Source: Cuniculiplasma divulgatum
GTDB taxonomy: Archaea > Thermoplasmatota > Thermoplasmata > Thermoplasmatales > Thermoplasmataceae
DNA: 32,000 nucleotides
Assembly (NCBI RefSeq): GCF_900083515.1
Contig: NZ_LT671858.1
Coordinates: forward strand, 1,906,700-1,938,699
Direction: 5' to 3'
In this document: positions 15,803 through 23,736 of the stretch, in pieces
Numbering within the stretch: the first letter of the stretch is position 1
How the letters are laid out: each line of letters starts with the position of its first letter
Translations under genes and position numbers: made by a program
Notes under the pieces: generated by a model
What the model was told of the DNA's origin: nothing
The model's input: the letters and a program-made list of their open reading frames with translations, nothing else
The model's database searches: none

Positions 15803-18190
15803 TTATGCGGACTGCATTCTGTCAAGAAGCTTCTGATTTATTTTCAGTCTTTCCATCCCTTTCATTATTCCCCTTTCTATCTTTGAGTTTCTTATGCTGT
15901 TAAGAAGATTCTCCATCTCCTTTACCCTGTTAAGGCCCACGAGAGGTACAAGGGCAAATACCAGATTTGATGCTGTTCCAGATCCGCTGAAGATATCCTG
16001 TAGCTTTGAGACCATTTTGCTGAATTCTTTTACTGCAAGATCCCTGTTCTCTCTGTATGCCCCAAATGAGGTAAAGTATGAAGACACATCCTGTTTCTTT
16101 ATCTTACCCTCTTCTATGAGACCATACATTGAATTGAATGCATTCTCCCCTGGTATGTGTCCTGCTGCAACTATCAATTTTACCTTATCCTCATCACTCT
16201 TGAGCGAGAACATTTTCTTTTGTATTTCCTGCAGGTTCTTTGTTTCCTTTGCATATGCAACTGCAATGGAATCCCTTATATCTGGTATTTCATTCTCCAT
16301 ATTTTGGAATTTTGCAGCCATTTCCTTTGCCTTTTCCCAATCAATGTCAACAAGCCTTCTTAGTACTGTTCCATAGAGAATAGAATCGTTTACATCTTTT
16401 GATTTCTTTTCTTCTAGTCTCTTTACCTGCTCCCTGTGGAAGTTTAAATATACTTCATCAAGAGCATTGTTAGATGTGAGTATGTTTCTCAATTCTGAGA
16501 GGTCGTTTGATATCTGAGTCACAATGTTAAGTTCTGAAGAACTGGAAAATTCCCTTACCACATCAAGGTATACCTTCAGATTTATCTTTCCAGACACAAC
16601 AAAAGCGTAAAGATCTGACAATATTCCTATGAAATCCTTGTAGTCCAGCTTTTCCGATTTACTGTGGATTCCAGCATAGAATTGTTCGGGATAAAGAACC
16701 CTGTAGAACCCAGTTTCTCCAACGTTTAGTTTGACAAAATTCTCTCCAGAAATTGTGGTTTCCCTTGTTTCCATCAGGATGCTTTCATCACCGTTTTCTC
16801 TCAAAACGGTTAGTGGAACAGGCCATATATCCCTGCCTTCCCTGCCATCAAGATAGAACCTTGATTGGGTTATCTTTATCTTATTTGAATCGTAGGTAAG
16901 CTTCAGGATGGGATATCCTTCTCTTTTTACCCATGATTCCATTATTCTATCAACCGGTTTGCCTGATGCTTTTGCTATGCTCTTCCATAGATCCTGGCCC
17001 TCTGCGTTTGAATATGAAAATTTCTCAAGATAATTGTGTAATCCAGCCTGGAAGCTCTCCTTACCTGCATAGGATTCGATCATTCTAAGGATCATTCCAC
17101 CCTTTCCATAGCTTATTTGATCAAATATCTGTTCAATTTCCTCTGGTTCTTTTACATTAGCCTCTATTGGATGGGTACTTTCAAGCGAGTCGTCCGTGAA
17201 AGCACCTCTCCCTCTTGATAATAACATATCACCAGTGACCTTCCATTCAGGATAGTAATTTTCCACGACTTTATACATCATGAATGTTGCAAAACTCTCG
17301 TTTAGCCAAAGATCATTCCACCATTTCATTGTTACGAGATTTCCGAACCACTGGTGAGCTATCTCATGGGCAATAACGGCCGCAACCCTCTTTTTGGTTG
17401 CTCCTCCTGTGCTCTTGTTTACTAGAATTGCAACTTCTCTAAATGTTATTGCACCCCAGTTTTCCATTGCACCTGCTGCGAATTCCGGTACAGATATGAG
17501 ATGCATTTTTGGCAATGGATATTTTATCCCGAAATAATCGTTAAAAAATTCAAGAGACTGTGCTGCCATCACGAGTGGAAAATCTGTAGTATCAAGGTTT
17601 CCTTTTAGTCCTGAAAGGTATAGCTTTACATTTTCAAAACTGCTTTCTTTCGTTTCAAACTTTCCTATTCCAATGTAAACAAGATAGGTGGACATCCTTG
17701 GAGTCCTCTGAAATTTGACTGTTTTCACACTACCCGATTTTACAACCTCTTTTTCAGGCATATTGGAAATAACATCAAGATCTGAGGCTGTTGTTATTTC
17801 TAAATCGAAGGTTGCCTTCATGGATGGATTGTCAAAGCATGGAAAGGCCCTTCTAGCACCTATGGATTCAAACTGTGTTGTTGCCATCTCAGAGCCGTCA
17901 GATGCTCTTGCCAGATAAAGTCCTGTTAAGGCTTCGTTGAGTTTTGAGGTGAACTCAATTTCAAGAATTGAATTTCCGTTTAATTTAGCTTCTATAATTT
18001 TTTCATCGTCCCTCCTGCCTTCCAGAAGTTCAACATTTTTTCCATCAAGTGTAATCTTATTTATTTTCTGTTCCAGCGTGTTTAGAATTAGCCTGTCTTC
18101 TTTTCCTTCTAGCTGTATCTTTTCCTTTCCGCTATATGTTTTGTTCTTGTGATCATATTCCAGTTTTATCCAATAGTTTAGAACTTCCAT
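15803..18190 (-). CDS. M1-family zinc aminopeptidase (aminopeptidase N / tricorn-interacting factor F2/F3 type)
   Basis: AAGAMENWG exopeptidase motif plus the HEIAHQWFGNLVTMKWWNDLWLNESFA (HExxH-x18-E) zinc site. At 795 aa it has the helical C-terminal domain seen in Thermoplasma tricorn factors. Confidence 0.9.
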   Translation of the reverse strand: MEVLNYWIKLEYDHKNKTYSGKEKIQLEGKEDRLILNTLEQKINKITLDGKNVELLEGRRDDEKIIEAKLNGNSILEIEFTSKLNEALTGLYLARASDGSEMATTQFESIGARRAFPCFDNPSMKATFDLEITTASDLDVISNMPEKEVVKSGSVKTVKFQRTPRMSTYLVYIGIGKFETKESSFENVKLYLSGLKGNLDTTDFPLVMAAQSLEFFNDYFGIKYPLPKMHLISVPEFAAGAMENWGAITFREVAILVNKSTGGATKKRVAAVIAHEIAHQWFGNLVTMKWWNDLWLNESFATFMMYKVVENYYPEWKVTGDMLLSRGRGAFTDDSLESTHPIEANVKEPEEIEQIFDQISYGKGGMILRMIESYAGKESFQAGLHNYLEKFSYSNAEGQDLWKSIAKASGKPVDRIMESWVKREGYPILKLTYDSNKIKITQSRFYLDGREGRDIWPVPLTVLRENGDESILMETRETTISGENFVKLNVGETGFYRVLYPEQFYAGIHSKSEKLDYKDFIGILSDLYAFVVSGKINLKVYLDVVREFSSSSELNIVTQISNDLSELRNILTSNNALDEVYLNFHREQVKRLEEKKSKDVNDSILYGTVLRRLVDIDWEKAKEMAAKFQNMENEIPDIRDSIAVAYAKETKNLQEIQKKMFSLKSDEDKVKLIVAAGHIPGENAFNSMYGLIEEGKIKKQDVSSYFTSFGAYRENRDLAVKEFSKMVSKLQDIFSGSGTASNLVFALVPLVGLNRVKEMENLLNSIRNSKIERGIMKGMERLKINQKLLDRMQSA

Positions 18191-18313
18191 GTTCCACTAT
18201 GAATTTAATGTGTAAAACTTTATTGCTTGCCCACAGTCATTTTAATAGTGTTTATTAAATTTGAGTATTCTTCTAAATGCAAATATTTATTTTACCTGAT
18301 TAAATTAGTACGT

Positions 18314-18460
18314 ATGGGGCTTAGCAAAAGAGATCTAACAAGAAAGAAAAAGAGTATAGAATCAAAGATAGATGAACTGGAGGAAAGGGCAAGACGAAAT
18401 CCCAAGGACAAGAATATTCAAAACGAAATTAATGATCTAAAGAAAAAACTAGATAAATAG
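18314..18460 (+). CDS. small (48 aa) highly charged coiled-coil protein
   Basis: An ATG at 18314 is preceded by AAATATTTATTTTA centred about 27 nt upstream. The track ORF starts at TTG 18227, which adds an implausible hydrophobic extension. The sequence MGLSKRDLTRKKKSIESKIDELEERARRNPKDKNIQNEINDLKKKLDK is a single amphipathic helix. Confidence 0.45.
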   Translation: MGLSKRDLTRKKKSIESKIDELEERARRNPKDKNIQNEINDLKKKLDK

Positions 18461-18536
18461 TTTATTTTTAAGAATTAAATCAACATTTATATTAAATCGA
18501 ATAAACAGTCTCACTTTCATAAAATGTATGGAGGTA

Positions 18537-18665
18537 TCAAACATTATATGACTGATAATAATTTTGGAATGTTCTGCCACAGAACACCACAACAAATATG
18601 CTTATGGTAAATAGTATTGCTTGGCCTGATAAAAGAAAGAAAAAGTATTCTGATAGGCAAATCAT
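18537..18665 (-). CDS. possible 42-aa single-pass hydrophobic peptide
   Basis: My own translation is MICLSEYFFFLLSGQAILFTISIFVVVFCGRTFQNYYQSYNV. This is below the length cut-off of the ORF track, and it is the only coherent ORF in a 363-bp gap. There is no further support. Confidence 0.2.
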   Translation of the reverse strand: MICLSEYFFFLLSGQAILFTISIFVVVFCGRTFQNYYQSYNV

Positions 18666-18758
18666 GACGATGCCTGTATTACTGAATAAATTCAGTGTAA
18701 TCTTCTATTCAAATTTACCCATTATCGGCTATTGAATATTAACGTCCAATACGTTTTG

Positions 18759-18779
18759 ATGATTCATTAATATAATTGA
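18759..18779. repeat. left copy of an imperfect direct repeat bracketing the 18824-20385 cassette
   Basis: ATGATTCATTAATATAATTGA. The partner at 20396-20420 shares ATGATTCATTA, a TA-rich spacer and ATTGA. Confidence 0.4.
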
Positions 18780-18823
18780 GTGTTTAAAAATAATATCATT
18801 ATATGTTTTAAGTAGGGTTGATA

Positions 18824-19207
18824 CTATTTTTTAGGTATATTTAAAATTATGTGTTTAAAAGTGAGACCGAATTTTTTAGCTCTGAAATAATTTCCAATTG
18901 AGATTCCAATTACCGGCAAACTTAAACAAGAAAATATCTCAATAGTCAATGTTTCAATGATATCTATATTCTTGTCATATAAAAATTTTGTAAAAGCAAA
19001 TAATGCAATTATAACCAATCCACCAAAAATATAAACCATGGATGCATAAAAAGTTGTATAAGCCTTTTGTGATTCCCATTTTTTATTTCCTTTTTTTGGA
19101 TGCCCATATATGATAAAATAGTATAAAACTGAGAAAACTCCCACTAAGATTTCAATTGTAACCACAGAAAAAGCTATAATTTTACCTTCATATAAAACAG
19201 ATATCAA
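18824..19207 (-). CDS. hypothetical small integral membrane protein (4 predicted TM helices)
   Basis: 127 aa with four hydrophobic segments separated by Lys-rich loops. The TTG start overlaps the stop of the upstream ORF (TTGA), which suggests translational coupling. Confidence 0.6.
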   Translation of the reverse strand: MISVLYEGKIIAFSVVTIEILVGVFSVLYYFIIYGHPKKGNKKWESQKAYTTFYASMVYIFGGLVIIALFAFTKFLYDKNIDIIETLTIEIFSCLSLPVIGISIGNYFRAKKFGLTFKHIILNIPKK

Positions 19208-20385
19208 TTATTGTAACACCCCTGATATGCCCAATTGTTCCATCCAACCGTATTGGCTATGCTGTGTATAGACCCACTAATTTCTGAGATATAGTACACT
19301 CCTTCAGCCCCCCCTCCTGCTACCATAGGTACATTTGGGAATATAGTAACCGTATTTCCATTGCTAAGGTAACCGTATTCCCCTATAGATGAATCTAGTG
19401 AACCAAAACCAAAGGACTGTAAGGGATAATAATAATTTATTGAATCATACAACCACATATACTTTTTTCCTGTATTTTCATTTGCGTAAGTTGACTCGTA
19501 AAGCTCCAGAAGTTTGGAACTAACATAAGCAGATTCAATTGATTCTGCTACTCCAACCCCGACTAATACTGAGGCAACAATAACCGAGACCAGAATAGAA
19601 GTTCCACCCGTTATAGGGGCAAACGCAAATCCAACTGATAATACACCAAGAATTACTGAAGCTAAAATGTCATAATTAGAAGTCCCGGAAATGGCTTGGT
19701 TAAAATATTTTTGTGCACTGTTTCCCAGGTAAACAGCATTTAATATATCGTGCTCACCGTAAGTAATAGTTGTGAATATGAGAGAATACTTAAAATAATT
19801 TACACTTACCATTAACCATTCTCCGTAATCTGTACAAATGGCTTTTGGAAGATCATTGGAGCTTATCTTAAAAGCATATGCGGTTTCGTTATTAGCATTG
19901 AGATTGTATACGGTTAATGATCTATTGCTTTCTATTAGGGTTGTCCGTTGAAATTTAGGTTCTCTTAGAGAATTGTTTTCTAATTTGGATAAAAAGATTT
20001 TCATTTCTATTTGATTTTTCTTTTGAAAAGCCTTTTCCTCTTTCAGTGTTATTTTTTCAAATATGGATTTGTAATAGGGGTTTTCACCAAGGAAAGTCAA
20101 AAAGTCCTGCAATAATATATTAGATGGATGATCTAAGACCTTTTGTATGGTTAATCCATTTTTGTTAAGCCATTGATAGAACCCGAAGGACAATCTGTCA
20201 CTGAGATTGTTATCCCTGATGGATTCCACATATGATATGACCATCTGGTTCCCAATTGGTTTTTCCCCTTCTTTTCCTATTGAAGGGTTGTGATCTTCAG
20301 GATATTGCATTAATGTCATAAGCCCACCGAATATCATTGCAAATGAAAGCAAAACAGATACAATAATTTTTATTTTTGAGTCCAT
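19204..20385 (-). CDS. hypothetical membrane-anchored/secreted protein with central hydrophobic hairpin
   Basis: It has an N-terminal anchor (IIVSVLLSFAMIFGGLMTL) and an Asn/Tyr/Lys-rich region. A Gly/Val-rich double helix follows (ILASVILGVLSVGFAFAPITGGTSILVSVIVASVLVGVGVA), then a Gly/Tyr/Asn-rich C-terminus. I recognise no family motif. Confidence 0.65.
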   Translation of the reverse strand: MDSKIKIIVSVLLSFAMIFGGLMTLMQYPEDHNPSIGKEGEKPIGNQMVISYVESIRDNNLSDRLSFGFYQWLNKNGLTIQKVLDHPSNILLQDFLTFLGENPYYKSIFEKITLKEEKAFQKKNQIEMKIFLSKLENNSLREPKFQRTTLIESNRSLTVYNLNANNETAYAFKISSNDLPKAICTDYGEWLMVSVNYFKYSLIFTTITYGEHDILNAVYLGNSAQKYFNQAISGTSNYDILASVILGVLSVGFAFAPITGGTSILVSVIVASVLVGVGVAESIESAYVSSKLLELYESTYANENTGKKYMWLYDSINYYYPLQSFGFGSLDSSIGEYGYLSNGNTVTIFPNVPMVAGGGAEGVYYISEISGSIHSIANTVGWNNWAYQGCYNN

Positions 20386-20395
20386 ATTGATATTA

Positions 20396-20420
20396 ATGAT
20401 TCATTATATATATATATTGA
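20396..20420. repeat. right copy of an imperfect direct repeat bracketing the 18824-20385 cassette
   Basis: ATGATTCATTATATATATATATTGA lies 11 nt upstream of the 393-aa ORF start. It may double as that ORF's TATA region on the minus strand. Confidence 0.4.
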
Positions 20421-20734
20421 CGATTTATAAACCCCACTCAAGTACTTAATTCGAATTAGATTAAAAGTTTTTGTGTTTACGATTTCGTTATGATAATAAA
20501 AGGTTATTAGGTTTAGGGAGCTATATCGTTTTCCAGTTTATTACTAAGATGTGCTTCCTTTTACTTTTGTATTACGTTACAATTAAGGGAGTGATTCTAT
20601 AATGGTATCACTATACCAGAGAATGATGTCTCTAATATGTAACAGGTGCAAAAAATAGTTATATTCCTTTGAATATTTAAAATCCAACAGGATCAGATAT
20701 GAACTCAACTCCATAACCTATACTTTAATCATAG

Positions 20735-20819
20735 TGCAGAGGGAGGGATTTGAACCCTCGTATCCCTACGAAACCAGACCCTCAATCTGGCGCCTTTGAC
20801 CAATCTCGACAACCTCTGC
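20735..20819 (-). tRNA. tRNA-Leu (anticodon GAG), long variable arm, no encoded CCA
   Basis: The reverse complement folds by hand. Acceptor stem is GCAGAGG/CCTCTGC with discriminator A. D stem is GTC/GGC with loop GAGATTGGTCAAA. Anticodon stem is CCAGA/TCTGG with loop TTGAGGG (GAG). There is a ~14-nt variable arm, and the T arm is GAGGG-TTCAAAT-CCCTC. Confidence 0.9.
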
Positions 20820-20850
20820 TCCTGTTTTACTGCAATGTTGCAAACCTTAT

Positions 20851-21879
20851 TTAATTTTTGATTGTTTTCTTTGATTTCTCCAGAATAATGAGTGATTCTC
20901 CCTGATATACAGAGTCCTCCTCAGGCCTCAACAGGTATTCATCACCCTTCCTAATGGCGATTATTTTTCTCCATTCATTTTCTACCATTTTATATAGTTC
21001 CCTGTAGCTTTTTCCCTTATAATCATCTTCCCTGATTTCCATAAAGTCCATACTTTCAGACTTAGAAAATATCTCAGAAATGAACTTCCACGATCCTGGA
21101 TTATTTATCAATTTAATAATCGCTGATGAACTCATTTCCCCTCTAACAATAATTTCGTCCGCACCTGATTCTCTGGCATGCTCTCTACTTGATTTATTGA
21201 TCAGTTCCACAATTGTGTTAATTTCAGGATTTAATTTTTTAACTGTCATCACTATAAGAATTGATTCTGCATCTACAGCCAGTGAATTCTCTGAACCATA
21301 TTTCTCGTTTGGGAATATTATTGCTGTATGACTATTTTCTATACCAGCCCTCTTCAGATCCTTATAGTCCAGAGGGTTTCCCTTCACAAATTCCATATTT
21401 TCTTTTTCCTTTTCAGGTGGGTCCTGTCCCAGAACTATAAACGGATTTTTGTCCCTCATTATAACTTCAATTATGTCTGCCTGCTTTTCTGAATAATTAC
21501 ATATAATTACATGATCCTTCATTTTTGTTCGCACCTCTCCAAATCTCTTGAGAAGCTTAGCATCCACAAGCTCAGCGCCTATGGATACAAGTAATAAACT
21601 GAAACTTCCTACACCAATAATCATTATGAATATGGCATTTAATTTTCCCATAAATCCAACAATTGTAACGTCTCCATATCCAACTGTAGTAACTGTTTGC
21701 ATAGTCCACCAAAGGGACTGAAAAAGGGAGTGAATGCCAGAGTTTGCAATAGGGTTCTCTATGTAATATTCAGAGAATACACTGTATAATAGCACAAATG
21801 CCGCAATAATTATGGTTTTACCTATATTGTGCTTTAATGCCTTCTTTACCCTTAATATGAATGTCTGTAGGTCAACCAA
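20851..21879 (-). CDS. MthK-type potassium channel with C-terminal RCK/TrkA domain
   Basis: Two TM helices flank a pore helix with the selectivity filter TVGYGD. The RCK domain starts at HVIICNYSEKQ, which lacks the GxGxxG motif, as in MthK. The only usable start codon in the open frame is TTG 21879, preceded by AAATTATATTT about 27 nt upstream. Confidence 0.85.
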   Translation of the reverse strand: MVDLQTFILRVKKALKHNIGKTIIIAAFVLLYSVFSEYYIENPIANSGIHSLFQSLWWTMQTVTTVGYGDVTIVGFMGKLNAIFIMIIGVGSFSLLLVSIGAELVDAKLLKRFGEVRTKMKDHVIICNYSEKQADIIEVIMRDKNPFIVLGQDPPEKEKENMEFVKGNPLDYKDLKRAGIENSHTAIIFPNEKYGSENSLAVDAESILIVMTVKKLNPEINTIVELINKSSREHARESGADEIIVRGEMSSSAIIKLINNPGSWKFISEIFSKSESMDFMEIREDDYKGKSYRELYKMVENEWRKIIAIRKGDEYLLRPEEDSVYQGESLIILEKSKKTIKN

Positions 21880-21998
21880 CCATGGATGATTTAAGATTAG
21901 AAATATAATTTTTCTCTTTTATCACTGATTTTTACTTCCCAGTTAAATCTCCATGTGTATTACTTCAATAATACTAACTCACTGTTCCATTTCTTTCC

Positions 21999-22118
21999 CT
22001 AAAATCCCTGGCAGCAGTCAAGAAATACAAGGTGGCCGCATACGGGACATGCCTGCTGATGCCTGTATTCCACGCAGTATTCACATTTACACTGCTCCTC
22101 GAAACAATCAGAACACAT
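21999..22118 (-). CDS. 39-aa cysteine-rich micro-protein (putative metal-binding), not in ORF track
   Basis: My own translation is MCSDCFEEQCKCEYCVEYRHQQACPVCGHLVFLDCCQGF, with 9 Cys and 2 His. The TTATAAA element at 22149-22155 is about 30 nt upstream of ATG 22118 on the minus strand. An in-frame upstream ATG at 22142 is too close to that TATA. Confidence 0.4.
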   Translation of the reverse strand: MCSDCFEEQCKCEYCVEYRHQQACPVCGHLVFLDCCQGF

Positions 22119-22160
22119 TAGGTTGTTATGGTGTAGTAACATAAAAACTTTATAATTTGA

Positions 22161-22865
22161 ATGCAATGCTGCAACGTGTCATACTTTGATCCTGCCATAT
22201 TTCTTGCGGCAACAGGTATAATAGTACTGGAGATGTCAGAAGCGTCTGCAATTTCAATGTCCCTAGCTGTTGATGCTAAAAGCAATATTCCATTGCTTGC
22301 TGCAACTCTTGGTGTAATCACCGTTCTCATTCCAACGGCCTTTATAGGGAGTGCAATTTCACTACTTCCTCTAATTTATGTAAGACTGGTTTCTGCAACC
22401 TTATTACTGTATTTCGCACAAAGACTGGCAAAGAGTGCCAAAAGATCCATGAAATTCCAGTATCTGAAAAGCTTTCCAAAGTCCCATAAAGAAGAGCCAT
22501 CAGATTCTGGAGTTTCCCTTACAGCATACACAGCTGGTGTTATAGAAGCTTTTGAGGCTGCTATTGTTCTTGTTGGACTCTATCCAGAAAGTTATTCTTC
22601 CACTGCCTACGGAATATTTCTTGGAATTGGGATTGTAATAGTTTTCTCCATAATACTAAGGTCACAGATAAGGAAGATCAAGCAGGCAATAATGAAGGTG
22701 GTTGTTTCATCACTCCTTTTTTCATTTTCAGCATTCTGGTACATAGAAACTGTGAAACCCATAGAAGAGATATTAATACTGCCTTTCTTCATTATTTTCT
22801 TCATGATAGTTTATGCATTTTCAACTTACGGGTTGAAAAATCTTAAAAATCCTGAAACTTCTTAA
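22161..22865 (+). CDS. integral membrane protein (~7 TM), possible ExxE-motif metal permease (FTR1/EfeU-like layout)
   Basis: Seven hydrophobic segments. Acidic E-x-x-E motifs sit inside TM1 (LEMSE, residues 24-27) and TM4 (IEAFE, residues 129-132). This mirrors the REXXE placement in FTR1-type iron permeases. The family assignment is tentative. Confidence 0.55.
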   Translation: MQCCNVSYFDPAIFLAATGIIVLEMSEASAISMSLAVDAKSNIPLLAATLGVITVLIPTAFIGSAISLLPLIYVRLVSATLLLYFAQRLAKSAKRSMKFQYLKSFPKSHKEEPSDSGVSLTAYTAGVIEAFEAAIVLVGLYPESYSSTAYGIFLGIGIVIVFSIILRSQIRKIKQAIMKVVVSSLLFSFSAFWYIETVKPIEEILILPFFIIFFMIVYAFSTYGLKNLKNPETS

Positions 22866-22881
22866 TAAAATATTCATATTT

Positions 22882-23367
22882 TCACGAACCAAAAAATATC
22901 AGTATTACTACTACGGCGATTACAGACACCATTGATAAGACTGTTGCTATTTTTCCCTTTCCTGCAAAAATTGCCAGGAATGTACCCAGTATTCCAACCA
23001 CTATAATTGGCGATGCAATTGCCGCTGTAATTCCCCTCTGAAACCCATACTGCGGTATCTGGCTCAGGAAAGTATATGCGAGATATGTAACCAATCCACC
23101 AATAAACAATGTTGTTATTGAAAAAATAATTACTGGATTTGTCTTTTTCTTTGTTTCTTCTTTCAATTTGTTTGAGTCTTCAATTCTGTCCTGCTCTGTT
23201 ACGTCCCTAATTTCCTCAATGAATCTCCACGGGATGAATAACTTGTGATTTCTATATGCTACCATTACGCCCATGTCATCATATGTAAGAAGAGTGCATA
23301 CTAGGCGGGTCATGTTGCCATCATACACCACTGTGACATTACTGTTTAGGAATGATTCTATTGCCAA
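22882..23367 (-). CDS. hypothetical membrane protein: small N-terminal soluble beta-domain plus 3 TM helices
   Basis: The N-terminus (VTVVYDGNMTRLVCTLLTYDDMGVMVAYRNHKLFIPWRFIEEI) has an Sm/PH-like strand pattern. A charged linker follows, then three hydrophobic helices. TTG start. Lies 57 nt downstream of the preceding ORF on the same strand. Confidence 0.55.
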   Translation of the reverse strand: MAIESFLNSNVTVVYDGNMTRLVCTLLTYDDMGVMVAYRNHKLFIPWRFIEEIRDVTEQDRIEDSNKLKEETKKKTNPVIIFSITTLFIGGLVTYLAYTFLSQIPQYGFQRGITAAIASPIIVVGILGTFLAIFAGKGKIATVLSMVSVIAVVVILIFFGS

Positions 23368-23424
23368 TACAGATAAATGAGTTTTGCGCTAATAAGATTT
23401 TCTTTTTACATCGATTATGATTTT

Positions 23425-23736
23425 TCAAAGACTGTTTTCATTTGTGTTCGTTTTTATCCATTCTATTGATAACTTTATTATCTCATCAAAATTTTCTTCG
23501 TAATAAAACTTCTTTTGATCTTCGTTTCCCTTTCCCTCCAGAAGCGATTCAAGGAAAATTGCAAATTCTCTGACATTAAAATTGTTACTGTAATCTCTAA
23601 CAGCGGTGAGAAATAGATTCTTTCTTGACAGGCCTATAAGCATCTCATTGATTAATGGTTTTGATGAATATATTTCCTCTGAATAATTGAGGAGTTTTCT
23701 AGATATTACCTCCTCCTTAATCTCCTGAAAGCCCAC
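23425..23736 (-). CDS. hypothetical 103-aa helical protein translationally coupled to nrdJ
   Basis: The GTG start shares one nucleotide with the nrdJ stop (TAGTG). It has no Cys pairs and no recognisable motif. Confidence 0.5.
   Translation of the reverse strand: MGFQEIKEEVISRKLLNYSEEIYSSKPLINEMLIGLSRKNLFLTAVRDYSNNFNVREFAIFLESLLEGKGNEDQKKFYYEENFDEIIKLSIEWIKTNTNENSL

Noticed and set aside
18227-18313. N-terminal extension of the small ORF from TTG 18227
   Set aside because: It would add a hydrophobic, Phe/Ile/Tyr-rich 29-aa leader encoded by what looks like promoter DNA, since a TATA-like box lies inside it. ATG 18314 is correctly spaced from that box.
20386-20819. Integrated mobile element using tRNA-Leu as att site
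   Set aside because: I found no integrase or recombinase gene. I also found no duplicated copy of the tRNA 3' half in 18461-20734. Only the AT-rich 21/25-nt cassette-flanking repeat is present. I therefore report it as a candidate islet, not as a mobile element.
21953-22330. ORF-track entries 21953-22144 (+, 63 aa) and 22118-22330 (-, 70 aa)
   Set aside because: The first is antisense to the far more structured Cys-rich micro-ORF and has no start context. The second is antisense to the 5' part of the 7-TM membrane protein gene.
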